Source: Salinispira sp. (GTDB lineage Bacteria; Spirochaetota; Spirochaetia; DSM-27196; Salinispiraceae). From it: a DNA stretch of 64,000 bases. The stretch spans positions 1,952,001-2,016,000 of the forward strand of contig OZ271918.1 of NCBI GenBank assembly GCA_965602015.1. Reading direction: 5' to 3'. The first letter of the stretch is position 1. Every line of letters begins with the position of its first letter. Below the pieces are notes generated by a model. That model worked only from the letters and a program-made list of their open reading frames with translations, was not told the origin of the DNA and did no database searches. Shown one piece after another: positions 8,828 through 19,023 of this stretch. The position numbers and the translations under genes were made by a program.

Positions 8828-10582
8828 TTATCCTGTAATGTCAAAACGTTCCTCCATTGCGGCGGCTACGAAGTCGGGAATTCCCTCGGGGTTTTCGAAT
8901 TCCATAACCCTTCCGACGAATTCTTCTGCTTCCAAAATAGATGTCGACCGGATAATCTGCTTGATCCGCGGTATCCCGAAGGAACTCATGCTGAATTCAT
9001 CGAGTCCCAGTCCCAGGAGGATCAGCGTGTATAAGGGGTCGCCGGCCATTTCGCCGCACATGCCCGCAGAAATTCCGGCGTTGTGGGCGTTCTGAATAAT
9101 CATCTTCAGACTGCGCAGGATGCCGAGATGCAGCGGGTCGTAGAGGTATGCCACATGTTCGTTCCCCCGGTCAACTGCCAGGGTGTACTGAATGAGGTCG
9201 TTGGTTCCGATGGAAAAAAAGTTCGAATAACGGGCGAGAATATCGGTGGTCATGGCCGCGCTGGGCACCTCTATCATGATGCCCGTGGGGATATTCGCCG
9301 CGAAGGCTATTCCCTCGTTGCGCAACTCAATCTTAACCGCTTCTATGAGCGCCAGGGCTTCCTTGAGTTCCTGAACACCTGATATCAGGGGGATCATTAT
9401 TCTCAGTTTCCCGTAGACGCTGGCCCTGAGAAGCGCCCTGAGCTGGGTCCTGAAGATATCCACATGAGTCAGACAGAAGCGAATGGCCCTCCATCCGAGG
9501 ATGGGATTTTTTTCTCCGCCGCCCTGCACCTGGAGGCTGTGCATAAGTTTGTCGCCCCCCAAATCGAGGGTCCGGATGGTAACCGGACGGGGGTTCATTT
9601 CCGACAATACCTTTGCATAGGAATCGAACTGTTCATCCTCATCGGGCAGATGATCGGAGCGCATAAAAAGGAACTCTGAGCGGTACAGCCCGATGCCGTC
9701 GGCCCCGTGGGTATCGGCGGCATCCACCTCTTCGGGAAGCTCGATATTTGCCTTCAGACTAATAACCTTGCCGTCCCGGGTTTCCGCAGCCAGCTCATTG
9801 AAGCGCATAAGCTGCATTTCACGCTTTTGCGCGGCGTGATACTTTCTCAGATACTCTTCCCTGGCCTTTTTATCAGGGTCGAGGTAGACCTGTCCTTTGA
9901 ACCCATCGACGATAACGTAGTCGCCGGTGGACACCCGCTCGGTTATGTTGCCCAAGCCCAGCACAGCGGGAATTTCAAAAGCCCGGGCGATAATCGCCGT
10001 ATGGCTGGTCTTCCCGCCGGCATCCATAACGATACCCTTCACCTTCATTTTATCCATGGCAATGGCATCTGAGGGCATGAGATCGTGGCAAACCACAATG
10101 ACTTCCCGGTCGAGTTTTGCCAGATTCACCCGGTCGCGGGACAGGAGATTATTTATTATACGCTTGCCGACGTCATGAAGATCGGCGGTGCGCTCTCTTA
10201 AATAGTCATCTTTTACCGAGCCCAGTTTCTCCACCAGGTCCTGCATGTGGGTGTAAAGCACGAACTCCACATTAAGCAGGTGCTCGTACAGACCCTGTTG
10301 AATTTTATTGCCCAGATCCGGATCGCTGAGCATTAACTTGTGGGTGTCCAGCATCTGCTTTTCCCCGGGTTGCAGGGGAAGTTCGGACTGACTGGACTGG
10401 CTGATTATGCTCTCTATTTCATCGACCGCATTACTGACGGCGGCGTTGAACCGGTCATATTCCGAGCTGACCATCTCTTCATCGATGGCGTACCGGGGGA
10501 TATCCCGCTGCTCCTCTTTTACAAGGAGGACTGAGCACTGCGCTATGCCTGGACTTGCCGGAATTCCCCGTAGTTCTATCAT
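8828..10582 (-). CDS. ptsI: Phosphoenolpyruvate-protein phosphotransferase (PTS enzyme I)
   Basis: GGKTSHTAIIARA phospho-His motif, GIGLYRSEF, FSIGTNDLIQY, CGEMAGD. Confidence 0.97.
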   Translation of the reverse strand: MIELRGIPASPGIAQCSVLLVKEEQRDIPRYAIDEEMVSSEYDRFNAAVSNAVDEIESIISQSSQSELPLQPGEKQMLDTHKLMLSDPDLGNKIQQGLYEHLLNVEFVLYTHMQDLVEKLGSVKDDYLRERTADLHDVGKRIINNLLSRDRVNLAKLDREVIVVCHDLMPSDAIAMDKMKVKGIVMDAGGKTSHTAIIARAFEIPAVLGLGNITERVSTGDYVIVDGFKGQVYLDPDKKAREEYLRKYHAAQKREMQLMRFNELAAETRDGKVISLKANIELPEEVDAADTHGADGIGLYRSEFLFMRSDHLPDEDEQFDSYAKVLSEMNPRPVTIRTLDLGGDKLMHSLQVQGGGEKNPILGWRAIRFCLTHVDIFRTQLRALLRASVYGKLRIMIPLISGVQELKEALALIEAVKIELRNEGIAFAANIPTGIMIEVPSAAMTTDILARYSNFFSIGTNDLIQYTLAVDRGNEHVAYLYDPLHLGILRSLKMIIQNAHNAGISAGMCGEMAGDPLYTLILLGLGLDEFSMSSFGIPRIKQIIRSTSILEAEEFVGRVMEFENPEGIPDFVAAAMEERFDITG

Positions 10583-10687
10583 GACATCTCAAATAATAGA
10601 TCAGAGCCTGCTCTCCGTCAAATTAGCTGTTGATGATGTAACTCCGCCTTAATGACCCTGAGAGAAAATTCCGATAGCTTGAATAGT

Positions 10688-11593
10688 ATGTCAAAACAGG
10701 ATCGAAAGCGAAAAACATCACTGGGCGTCCTATTCTGGATTGCCGCAATTCTGCTCATTTTGGTGGTGTTTCTTTTTAACAGACGCAACATCGAGCAGGT
10801 CATGGAGAGCACCGGCCTCGTCGAAGTAATCAATCAGCGGATAGGAACCGAAGAGACGCCGGAAGATAACGGCATTGCAAATAATCCCGACTCCGCCGGG
10901 GATAATGACTCGGCTGAGTCGGACGCCCAGAGCGAGGCTGTAGGGGAAGATGGGGATGCCGTCGATGAAGACCCGGCTCCCGAACGGGAAGAGAACGGAT
11001 CGCAGGACTCTGCCAGCGAGACTCAGATGGATGAGACCACTGAAACAGAACAGACGGCGGAAAATGACAACGAAGCAGCCAGCGAATCCCGGGAAAATCG
11101 CCGGGACAGAGACGCTTCCCCCGATGGTGATGAGCCCGAGAGCGACACCAGCGAACAGGAAGAGCAAACCCGGGAGCGCAGCTATGTCATCAGCCTCGTT
11201 GAGCTCAGCGAAGACGGTTCCACGGCAATTATTTCCCGAGAGCGAACTATCAGCTTTGTCACCTCCCCGCTTACAAAGACAATTGAAACCCTCCTGAACT
11301 ACCCCGCAGAATCCGAAGGCGGCCGGGTGCGCAACCTCATTCCTGCAGGTACCCGGCTTGAACGCATTTGGATTGAGGAGGGGATTGCCTATATGGATTT
11401 TAACGAGCAGTTCCGCTTCAATCCCATGGGCGTTGAGGGTCAGCGCTTTCAGATACGGCAAATTGTCACGACAGCGGTGCAATTTCCCACAGTGGACAGA
11501 GTTCAAATTCTTATTGAGGGCCAACGGGTTGAATTCCTCGGCGGAGAAGGCACCTTTATCGGCCAGCCACTCGCTCCAGAAGATTTTCGCTAA
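10688..11593 (+). CDS. GerMN-domain membrane-anchored protein
   Basis: N-terminal TM helix, acidic disordered linker, C-terminal GerMN-like IPAGTRL..AYMDFN..QIVTTAVQFPTVDRVQILIEG. Confidence 0.85.
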   Translation: MSKQDRKRKTSLGVLFWIAAILLILVVFLFNRRNIEQVMESTGLVEVINQRIGTEETPEDNGIANNPDSAGDNDSAESDAQSEAVGEDGDAVDEDPAPEREENGSQDSASETQMDETTETEQTAENDNEAASESRENRRDRDASPDGDEPESDTSEQEEQTRERSYVISLVELSEDGSTAIISRERTISFVTSPLTKTIETLLNYPAESEGGRVRNLIPAGTRLERIWIEEGIAYMDFNEQFRFNPMGVEGQRFQIRQIVTTAVQFPTVDRVQILIEGQRVEFLGGEGTFIGQPLAPEDFR

Positions 11594-11667
11594 ACAAGTC
11601 GGAATGTCTTTGTAGAGATGTTCCGATGGATAATACCGCGCTCTTGCTGTACTATACTTTCTATCTA

Positions 11668-12309
11668 ATGATGTCACGAAAGATTCGGCGACAATGGCCA
11701 GTACTTGGCTTCTACCTTCTCGTTTTTTGCTCGAGCCTGACCGCCCAGGATGATCAGCTGATACCCGAAAGCGGCAGCGACAGGGGCGCGGCGACCGTCA
11801 GCCTTGGCCTTGGCGTTCAGCGAAACTGGGGATTCGGAAGCATCCTTGCGCTTTCCGACAGCGGATTTGCTGCGAGTATCGAAGGGACCTTCTCCCCTGC
11901 TTTTGCTGATCTCGGCGCGATAAGCTTTTCCGCTTTGGGCCGGGTGGGATTCGGCATGCTGCGTCCGAACCAAGCGAGTTACCGCAGCATCGCCATAGTG
12001 GAACCCGAGTTGGGAGTACGGGCCCTTTTTCGCATCTCAGACCGGTTCGCTTTTGGCCTGGGAATCAACGGGAGCATTCTGGTGTACATCATTAAAAACC
12101 AAAACCTGGCAGATCAATCCCAAAGCTATGCCGACGGCGGATTCAAGGTCGAACTCCCGGTTATATATCACAATCGGCCCCGTAGGAGCGGACGGCCCGC
12201 AATAGGATTTCTCATGGCGCCCACCCTAAGTATTCATTTCCAGCAGGGAAATACCGTAAACCAGGCGGGATTATTGCTAATGCACCGCTTGCTATGGGAA
12301 GGCAGCTGA
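11668..12309 (+). CDS. Secreted protein, probable small outer-membrane beta-barrel
   Basis: Signal peptide and amphipathic beta strands; stop overlaps the start of the next gene (TGATG). Confidence 0.55.
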   Translation: MMSRKIRRQWPVLGFYLLVFCSSLTAQDDQLIPESGSDRGAATVSLGLGVQRNWGFGSILALSDSGFAASIEGTFSPAFADLGAISFSALGRVGFGMLRPNQASYRSIAIVEPELGVRALFRISDRFAFGLGINGSILVYIIKNQNLADQSQSYADGGFKVELPVIYHNRPRRSGRPAIGFLMAPTLSIHFQQGNTVNQAGLLLMHRLLWEGS

Positions 12310-14213
12310 TGAAGGGCAATCTTTTTCCACCAGCCGGTATCCTTCTTTTATTACTCTCATGGACCTCCTGCTCTCCTCTTTTATCTGAAGCGAGCCGCAG
12401 CGCTGACGGGCTCATCGTGCCGGGAAGCATCATCACGGTGGAGGACTCCCGGGGAGACCAACTTCGAATCGGAATAATCGATGATAACAGCGACGGTATC
12501 GTTGATGCTCTTGATATTAATGCCGACAACACCGGGGACATTTCCCTCGAGCATATCCCGGAAAAACAACACTACCTGCTGGACATCGACGGCGACAACA
12601 CTCCGGACGGATATTTGCGGCTAAACAGCTCGGGTATTCCCCTGCTCACAAGCCTTCCCGACGGACGAGGGGAGGCATTAATCTTTGTTTTTGACAGTGA
12701 CGGGACCTTTATCGGAATCGAATACTCCGGCGGCGCCGGCGAACCGGTCATCGACCCGTCCTACGATACTGTGGCTCCGGTGTCAGCGGACAGCAGCATT
12801 CGAAGGGAAGAGACAATCATCGATCGGACTGAGGGCCGGGTTTTTCTCAGGCTCTCATGGCAGTCCGCGGCTGATAACCTGACCTCCGCGGAAGACATCC
12901 GCTACGATATTGTCTCATCCCTTTCTGATTTTACCGATCTTGCGGAACTCGACGGACTGATATCCCGGGGCCAGGCTTTTTTGACCCGCCAGGATATACG
13001 AGGAGCAACGTCGGTAGAACTGCGTGATCTTGAGTCAAACCGTTTGTACTTCATTGCGGTGATCGCCCGCGATCAGGCGGCCAACCGTCTGCTGTACAAT
13101 AGAATACGCTTCAATTCCGCCCTTTATCCCTATCTCTCGAGCGGGGACAATAAGTCCCTCGTCTTCACCCCGGAGGCCGACGGCGCCCCGACTCTAACAA
13201 GCGGTTTTTCCCTCAGCTGGACGGAACTGACCGATGATCAGACTCCCGCGGACATAAGCTACCGTACATATATTCTGGCCGATCAGGTTTTGGGTCTGGC
13301 CCAGGTGGAAGATACTGCGCTCCTCAGCTATAGCCTGCCTGCGGGCAGCGGCTCTCCTGCCAGCATACCGGGAACCGGCTTAAGCCCGGATTCGGGGTTT
13401 TGGGTCTATGTGGCCGGCAGCGATCCAGACGGCAACAGTTTCCTCTTTGACCCGGTTCGGGGATACACCGCCAGCAGCGTGGTGCCCGAGAGCGACTTTT
13501 TCTGGGAATTTGACGGAGACGCGGACAGCATTCGATTGCCAGACAGCATCGGCGAGACCATAGCAGCGGAAAGCACCACGGCGGCGAACTTTTTGCCCGA
13601 CCGCTTTGGCACGGACCCCGGCTCGCTGTCATTCTCGGGGGCCGGCGAGTACGTGGATACCGCAATCGGCAATGACGGTGCGACTTCCGGCGAACGGGAA
13701 CTTCTCGAAGGTGATTACAGCATTTCGCTGTGGGTCCAGTTTTTCAGCGGGCCGCTGTTGGAGGATCAGTACCAGAACATCCTGTATATGGATTCAAATG
13801 ACAGCGACGACGGACCCGACAGCGGCGGGACAAGCGTTCTTGCCATACGAAAGCGACCGGATCAGCACATCGAAATAATTCTCGGCGACCCGGCGAATCC
13901 TGATGACCCGACAATCCTCACCAGCGGCGGGCCAGCGGAGCTCAACCGCCTGTATAACCTTGCCGTTGTAAAAAGTCAGGATCGGCTGCGGCTCTATGTG
14001 GACGGCCTACCCCTTCAAACTGCATTCGAGGCGAATCTCCAAAACCGGACATTCTCTCCGGTGGATCTGGCGGGGGCGAACGGAAATATCGTGTTCGGCC
14101 GGGCCTGGGACGGAGCCGAAGGGTTTTACGGAATACTGGATGATGTGAGAATTTGGTCCCGGGAAGTAAGCGAACGGGAGATCCTGCAAAATTACCGGCT
14201 TCTCAGGCCCTGA
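12309..14213 (+). CDS. Lipoprotein with DxDxDG Ca-binding motifs, FN3-like repeats and a C-terminal LamG-like jellyroll
   Basis: Lipobox LLLLSWTSC; DDNSDG, DINADN, DIDGDN; LSWQSAADN..YFIAVIARD; SISLWVQ..LYVDG..FYGILDDVRIWSR. Confidence 0.8.
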   Translation: MKGNLFPPAGILLLLLSWTSCSPLLSEASRSADGLIVPGSIITVEDSRGDQLRIGIIDDNSDGIVDALDINADNTGDISLEHIPEKQHYLLDIDGDNTPDGYLRLNSSGIPLLTSLPDGRGEALIFVFDSDGTFIGIEYSGGAGEPVIDPSYDTVAPVSADSSIRREETIIDRTEGRVFLRLSWQSAADNLTSAEDIRYDIVSSLSDFTDLAELDGLISRGQAFLTRQDIRGATSVELRDLESNRLYFIAVIARDQAANRLLYNRIRFNSALYPYLSSGDNKSLVFTPEADGAPTLTSGFSLSWTELTDDQTPADISYRTYILADQVLGLAQVEDTALLSYSLPAGSGSPASIPGTGLSPDSGFWVYVAGSDPDGNSFLFDPVRGYTASSVVPESDFFWEFDGDADSIRLPDSIGETIAAESTTAANFLPDRFGTDPGSLSFSGAGEYVDTAIGNDGATSGERELLEGDYSISLWVQFFSGPLLEDQYQNILYMDSNDSDDGPDSGGTSVLAIRKRPDQHIEIILGDPANPDDPTILTSGGPAELNRLYNLAVVKSQDRLRLYVDGLPLQTAFEANLQNRTFSPVDLAGANGNIVFGRAWDGAEGFYGILDDVRIWSREVSEREILQNYRLLRP

Positions 14214-15189
14214 TTTTTAATAGCCAAAACTGTTCGCGGTTTCCCTGCTTTCCGACAAGCCCTGCTGGCCAGCGGTTCATTCTCTCGATTCTCTCCCCCT
14301 CGAGCCTCTTGAGGGTGTTTTCAAGCACCTGTTCAATAAGATCCGGGTCCCGCAGCACACCGTCAAAGTCCTTCGGGGTCAAACCCGAATACTCCAGCTC
14401 GAACTGGGGCTTTATCAAAGCCAGAAGCAGACCGCTGCGCCGGGTATCATTGGTATTTACCAGGCCCAGAATCCGGGCCGCTGCCCCCTCCATGCTGCGA
14501 AACGACAGGTCGGCCACGGCGTGTTCCGGGGGCGGCGTCAGATCACCGGGTTCCAGTGACATGATGTTGCATCGCTCTCTTGTGATTACCCGGTTATCAC
14601 TTCGCAGCCGGTAATCTAGCTGGTTGTAGCCCACATCCACCGCATGCACCGTTTTGGCGCCGTGACGCAATAGGCAATCGCTGAAACCGCCGGTCGAGGC
14701 CCCGGCGTCCAGGATTACCCGTCCGCGAAAATCAAAGCCCGCTTGCTCGGCTTTCCCAAGCACCGGCGCGAGCTTGTCTCCCCCGCGGCTGACATAGCTT
14801 CCGTGACCTTGGGGCGTTCCCGTCGGAACCATTTTTCTCGGGTCAGCGGGGTCACCGGCATGATCGGGGTCACCGGCATGATCGGCGTCACCGGGGTAAT
14901 CTGCGTCACCGGGATTGCCCGGGTGAACGGGTTCATCGGGGCCATAGGATCCAAAAGATTTCCGTTCAGTCGGGCCGGTTTCAGCCGTCATATCATTGCC
15001 TGAGAATGCGGGTTCGAACAGGGCCCGGATTTCCACATCGGGACTCAGTAGCCGTTTGCTGTCTTTTTCGCGGTGACCGGCGACGAACACGTCACCGTGA
15101 AGGATGCGGGCATAAAGCCACTGACGGGTGTGCTCAGGATGTCGTTGACACAGAAGGTCAATGAGGGTCCGACGTCCGGCCTTTTTCAT
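14203..15189 (-). CDS. tlyA: TlyA-family rRNA methyltransferase/haemolysin with a repeat-containing insertion
   Basis: S4-like N-terminus, YVSRGGDKL, LDAGASTGGFSDCLL, VDVGYNQL, DLSFRS, LIKPQFE. Confidence 0.92.
   Translation of the reverse strand: MKKAGRRTLIDLLCQRHPEHTRQWLYARILHGDVFVAGHREKDSKRLLSPDVEIRALFEPAFSGNDMTAETGPTERKSFGSYGPDEPVHPGNPGDADYPGDADHAGDPDHAGDPADPRKMVPTGTPQGHGSYVSRGGDKLAPVLGKAEQAGFDFRGRVILDAGASTGGFSDCLLRHGAKTVHAVDVGYNQLDYRLRSDNRVITRERCNIMSLEPGDLTPPPEHAVADLSFRSMEGAAARILGLVNTNDTRRSGLLLALIKPQFELEYSGLTPKDFDGVLRDPDLIEQVLENTLKRLEGERIERMNRWPAGLVGKQGNREQFWLLKIRA
14848..14914. repeat. 18-bp tandem repeat (~3.7 copies) inside tlyA
   Basis: ggggtcaccggcatgatc x2, then ggcgtcaccggggtaatc and partial tgcgtcaccggga; encodes (P/A)GD(A/P)D(Y/H)-type units. 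Confidence 0.85.
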
Positions 15190-15980
15190 CAGAGACCGGC
15201 CGCCTCTGAAAACATGCTGATGTCAGTTGCCTTAAGCGGAGCCGAATCATCGAAACGGATAACCGCCCCCTGTATTTTAGGAGGATTCTGGCTCACCTCG
15301 TTGCGCAGCGGTAGATCGGTTAAATGCCGTTGTATTCCGATATCAGGATCGAAGCCGATGATGCTTTGATCGGGCCCAGTGGAACCCAGGTCCGTCGCAT
15401 ATGCCAAGCCCTTGGGCAACAGTCGTTGGTCTGCAGTCTGGATGTGCGTGTGGGTGCCGACGAGGGCAGTCACCGAGCCATCAAAATGATAGGCTATGGC
15501 CTCTTTTTCCTGAGGATCATCGGCATGGAAATCAATAATAACCGCATCATACTCTGATTTGAGTTTGCGCAGTTCATCCTTTCCTTTTTTGAAGGGGCAA
15601 TCGATCGGCCACATTCGCTGGCGGCCCTGGAGGTTGAGAACGGCGAATCGGAGTCCTGAGCGTTCGACAATCACCGATCCGTGGCCCGGGTTTCCCGAAG
15701 GGTAGTTTGCCGGCCGAAGAATGTGGGGCTGTTCATCGAGATATCGGTATATTTCCCTCTGCTGCCAGATATGATTTCCCGATGTGATGACATCGGCGCC
15801 GGCTGCAAATATGGTCTCTGCCAGTTCAGGTGTCAGACCAAAACCGTCAGCGGCATTTTCAGCATTTACAATGCAGATATCTGCCTTGTGCTGCTTCTTT
15901 AATGCCGGCAGCTGGGAATATATTGCCCTCATGCCCGGCTGGCCGATGATGTCGCCGACCATAAGAATTGTCTTCTGCAT
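15189..15980 (-). CDS. ymdB: YmdB/TIGR00282-family metallophosphoesterase
   Basis: GDIIG, NAENA, TSGNHIW, LRPANYP, DFHA, GTHTH motifs; lies downstream of rny. Confidence 0.93.
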   Translation of the reverse strand: MQKTILMVGDIIGQPGMRAIYSQLPALKKQHKADICIVNAENAADGFGLTPELAETIFAAGADVITSGNHIWQQREIYRYLDEQPHILRPANYPSGNPGHGSVIVERSGLRFAVLNLQGRQRMWPIDCPFKKGKDELRKLKSEYDAVIIDFHADDPQEKEAIAYHFDGSVTALVGTHTHIQTADQRLLPKGLAYATDLGSTGPDQSIIGFDPDIGIQRHLTDLPLRNEVSQNPPKIQGAVIRFDDSAPLKATDISMFSEAAGL

Positions 15981-16088
15981 ATGCCATCCTTTGAGCTCGA
16001 ATTGTACCAGATAAGGTACTTTTGGGAGAAGCCGGGCGCTCCATCGGGCCTGTGACCAATCGACGGGGAGGCTCTTACCACACTGCAA

Positions 16089-16122
16089 TAAAAAACCGTC
16101 CGCGCTGGGCGGACGGTTTATT
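16089..16122 (-). terminator. Intrinsic terminator downstream of rny
   Basis: Hairpin aaccgtccgc/gcggacggtt followed by a U-tract on the minus strand. Confidence 0.75.
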
Positions 16123-16140
16123 AATACGGGAAAAATGCTG

Positions 16141-17670
16141 TTAGCGGGCGTATTCTACAATTCTGGTCTCCCGGATCATGGTAACCTTGATCCTGCCGGG
16201 GTAGCGCAGCTCTGCTTCTATCCGCTTGGCAATTTCCCGGGCAATTTCCCGCGCTTCGTTATCGCTGACCTTTTCATGATCAACCATGATGCGAAGCTCG
16301 CGCCCTGCCTGTATTGCGTAGGCCTTGTCCACTCCCTCAAAATCCTCGGCGATCTTCTCGAGATTTTCCAGGCGCTTGATGTAGTTATCCAGGGTCTCGC
16401 GACGGGCTCCGGGTCTGGAAGCGCTCAGGGCGTCGGCGATTTGCACAATGACCGATTCCACACAGCTGTGGGGAACATCGCCATGATGACTGGCGATGGC
16501 GTTGATGACTTTCTCATCCTCACCGATCCGCTTTGCCAGCTCCACCCCAAGTTCAACGTGGTTCGAATCGCCGTCGGATTCGATGCCCTTGCCCACGTCA
16601 TGCAGAAGCCCGGCTCTCCGGGCGACTTCGGTGTCGGCTCCGACCTCAGCGGCAATCATGCCGGCGAATACCGCAACTTCCTTTGAGTGAGCCAGCACGT
16701 TTTGACCGTAACTGGTTCGGAATACCAGGCGTCCGATTCCCCGAATACCCTCGGGTTTCATGTGATGTATGCCCAAATCGAAGAGAACTTTTTCGCCCTC
16801 TTCGAAAATATGCTGGCTGATTTCCTGGGTAACCTTTTGCACCACCTCTTCGATTCTTGTGGGGTGTATGCGCCCGTCGCTGATGAGCCGTTCCAGACTC
16901 CTCCGGGCTATTTCCTTCCTCACCGGATCAAAGCAGGAGACAACCACCGCCTCGGGGGTGTCGTCAATAATGATGTCGACGCCAGTGAGGGTCTCCAGGG
17001 TCCGGATATTCCGGCCTTCCCGGCCGATAATGCGTCCCTTCATTTCGTCGTTGGGAAGATTGACCGAGGCGACGGTAACTTCGGCGTTAACTTCGCTGGC
17101 CATTCTCTGGATAGTAGAGATGAGGATCTCCCTGCCCTTTCGCTCGGCAGTGATCTGACCTTCCTGTTCGATTTTGTGAATAAGCGCCTGGGCGTCATGG
17201 CGCGCCTCATCTTCCAGGGAGGAAATGATGAGCTTTTTCGCTTCCTCTCTGGTCAGACTCGAAACACGTTCGAGTTCGTTGCGCCAGTTATCTTCTTGTT
17301 TTTCCAGCTCGCGTTCCCGCTCGCCGATGTTCCTCTCACGGTCTGCAAAACTAGCCTGGGTCTTGTCGACATAGGCTACTTTTTCCTCTAGGTTTTCTTC
17401 TTTCTGGAGAATTCGTTTCTCAATTTTGTTGAGTTCTTGTCTGCGTTCCCGGAACTCCCGTTCCTGTTGATTTCTCTCTTGAAGAAGTTCATCTTTCGTT
17501 TCTAATACCAATTCCCTCTTAAGGGCTTCGGCTTCCTTTACGGCATCTCTTTTAAGTCGCTCACTCTTTTGCTCAGAAGAGGTGAGCTGAAATCTGGCAT
17601 AAAGCCAGCGTATGGTCCAACCTAGAATCAAACCCGCGAGGGGAAGGGTTACGTACAGCACGATTACCAT
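16141..17670 (-). CDS. rny: Ribonuclease Y
   Basis: N-terminal TM, coiled coil, KH (KGRIIGREGRNI) and HD (LLHDVGK) domains, SASRPGAR. Confidence 0.97.
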   Translation of the reverse strand: MVIVLYVTLPLAGLILGWTIRWLYARFQLTSSEQKSERLKRDAVKEAEALKRELVLETKDELLQERNQQEREFRERRQELNKIEKRILQKEENLEEKVAYVDKTQASFADRERNIGERERELEKQEDNWRNELERVSSLTREEAKKLIISSLEDEARHDAQALIHKIEQEGQITAERKGREILISTIQRMASEVNAEVTVASVNLPNDEMKGRIIGREGRNIRTLETLTGVDIIIDDTPEAVVVSCFDPVRKEIARRSLERLISDGRIHPTRIEEVVQKVTQEISQHIFEEGEKVLFDLGIHHMKPEGIRGIGRLVFRTSYGQNVLAHSKEVAVFAGMIAAEVGADTEVARRAGLLHDVGKGIESDGDSNHVELGVELAKRIGEDEKVINAIASHHGDVPHSCVESVIVQIADALSASRPGARRETLDNYIKRLENLEKIAEDFEGVDKAYAIQAGRELRIMVDHEKVSDNEAREIAREIAKRIEAELRYPGRIKVTMIRETRIVEYAR

Positions 17671-17700
17671 ACCTTGCCTCCACTCTTGCGTTGTCCTTAA

Positions 17701-17729
17701 AAATTAGGAGATTAGCACCCCTTTGTCAA
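17701..17729 (-). promoter_or_regulatory. Sigma-70 promoter for rny
   Basis: TTGACA-N17-TAATTT on the minus strand, 30 nt upstream of the ATG. Confidence 0.6.
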
Positions 17730-17774
17730 GCGCGATTTAACGCAGGCACAACAACTCTATTTTATGAACTTGCG

Positions 17775-18959
17775 TTAATTACTCGCCTTTATGCTCCGGA
17801 TTACCGCGATAGCCGCATCCAGCTCTTCCACGCTGTGGGCCGCTGATATTTGCACCCGGATGCGGGCTTTTCCCCGGGGCACCACGGGGTAGGAAAACGC
17901 CACCGCGTAAATATTCTTCTTCAACATGGCTGCCGCCCCGTCCACCGCCGTCTGCTCATCGTAAAACATGATGGGAATTATGGGATGAGGGAGGTCAGGG
18001 AGGGTAAATCCCATGTCGGTCAAGGCGTCGCGGAAATACTTGGTGTTCTCCCATAACCTGCGTCTGAGCTCAGGACTATTATCCCGTAAATCAAGAGCCT
18101 TGAGACTTGCGGCGACAATGGGAGGTGCCAGAGAATTCGAAAACAAATAGGGGCGGCTGCGCTGCCTCAATAGGTCGACAATAGGCTGACGGGCAGCGGT
18201 ATAGCCTCCGGAGGCTCCTCCCAGGGCCTTGCCCAGGGTTCCCGTAACGATGTCCACCCTGTCCATGACATTAAACATTTCCGCTGTACCGGCGCCGGTT
18301 CGGCCCACAAAGCCGACGGCGTGGCTGTCGTCAACCATGACCATGGCATCATACTCTTCCGCTATATCGCAAATGTCGCCAAGCGGCGCATAGGTGCCGT
18401 CCATGCTGAATACACCGTCGGTGGCAATGAGAATATGGCGGGCCCCGCCTTCCCGGGCCTGTGAAAGCGCTCTGCGCAGGTCATCGGTATCGCGGTTCTT
18501 GTATCGAAAGCGCCGGGCCTTGCACAACCGGATTCCGTCGATAATGCTGGCATGATTGAGCTCGTCGCTGACAATGGCGTCTTCGGCTCCGAGCAATGTT
18601 TCGAACAACCCGCCATTGGCGTCAAAACACGATGAGTAGAGAATCGCGTCGTCCAATCCGAGCATGGCGGCAAGACGGCTCTCGAGCAGCCGGTGCTGAT
18701 CCTGGGTACCGCAGATAAACCGCACCGAACTCATGCCGAATCCCCGGCTTTCAAGACTCGCGGCAGCCGCTGCAACAATATCGGAATGATCGCTGAGTCC
18801 GAGGTAATTATTTGCGCAGAAGTTAATATATTCGCCGTCCCGCCCCTTGAGAGTGAATTTGGGGTTCTGGGGACTGGTTATTTCAAACTCGTGTTTCCAT
18901 AATCCGGATTTCCGGATTGACGCTAACTCAGTAGTAAGATGTTCCAAAAAACTGTTCAC
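17775..18959 (-). CDS. kbl: Glycine C-acetyltransferase (2-amino-3-ketobutyrate CoA ligase)
   Basis: [59 protein letters not shown] start after an AAGGAG RBS. Confidence 0.93.
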   Translation of the reverse strand: MNSFLEHLTTELASIRKSGLWKHEFEITSPQNPKFTLKGRDGEYINFCANNYLGLSDHSDIVAAAAASLESRGFGMSSVRFICGTQDQHRLLESRLAAMLGLDDAILYSSCFDANGGLFETLLGAEDAIVSDELNHASIIDGIRLCKARRFRYKNRDTDDLRRALSQAREGGARHILIATDGVFSMDGTYAPLGDICDIAEEYDAMVMVDDSHAVGFVGRTGAGTAEMFNVMDRVDIVTGTLGKALGGASGGYTAARQPIVDLLRQRSRPYLFSNSLAPPIVAASLKALDLRDNSPELRRRLWENTKYFRDALTDMGFTLPDLPHPIIPIMFYDEQTAVDGAAAMLKKNIYAVAFSYPVVPRGKARIRVQISAAHSVEELDAAIAVIRSIKASN

Positions 18960-19023
18960 AATAACTCCTTTATTCCCTGTCGTGTGATACATCCCGGGCA
19001 GACAGCTTCCCCGTATTATACCA

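Noticed and set aside
10730..11677. 315-aa minus-strand ORF
   Set aside because: Antisense shadow of the GerMN gene; no motifs of its own.
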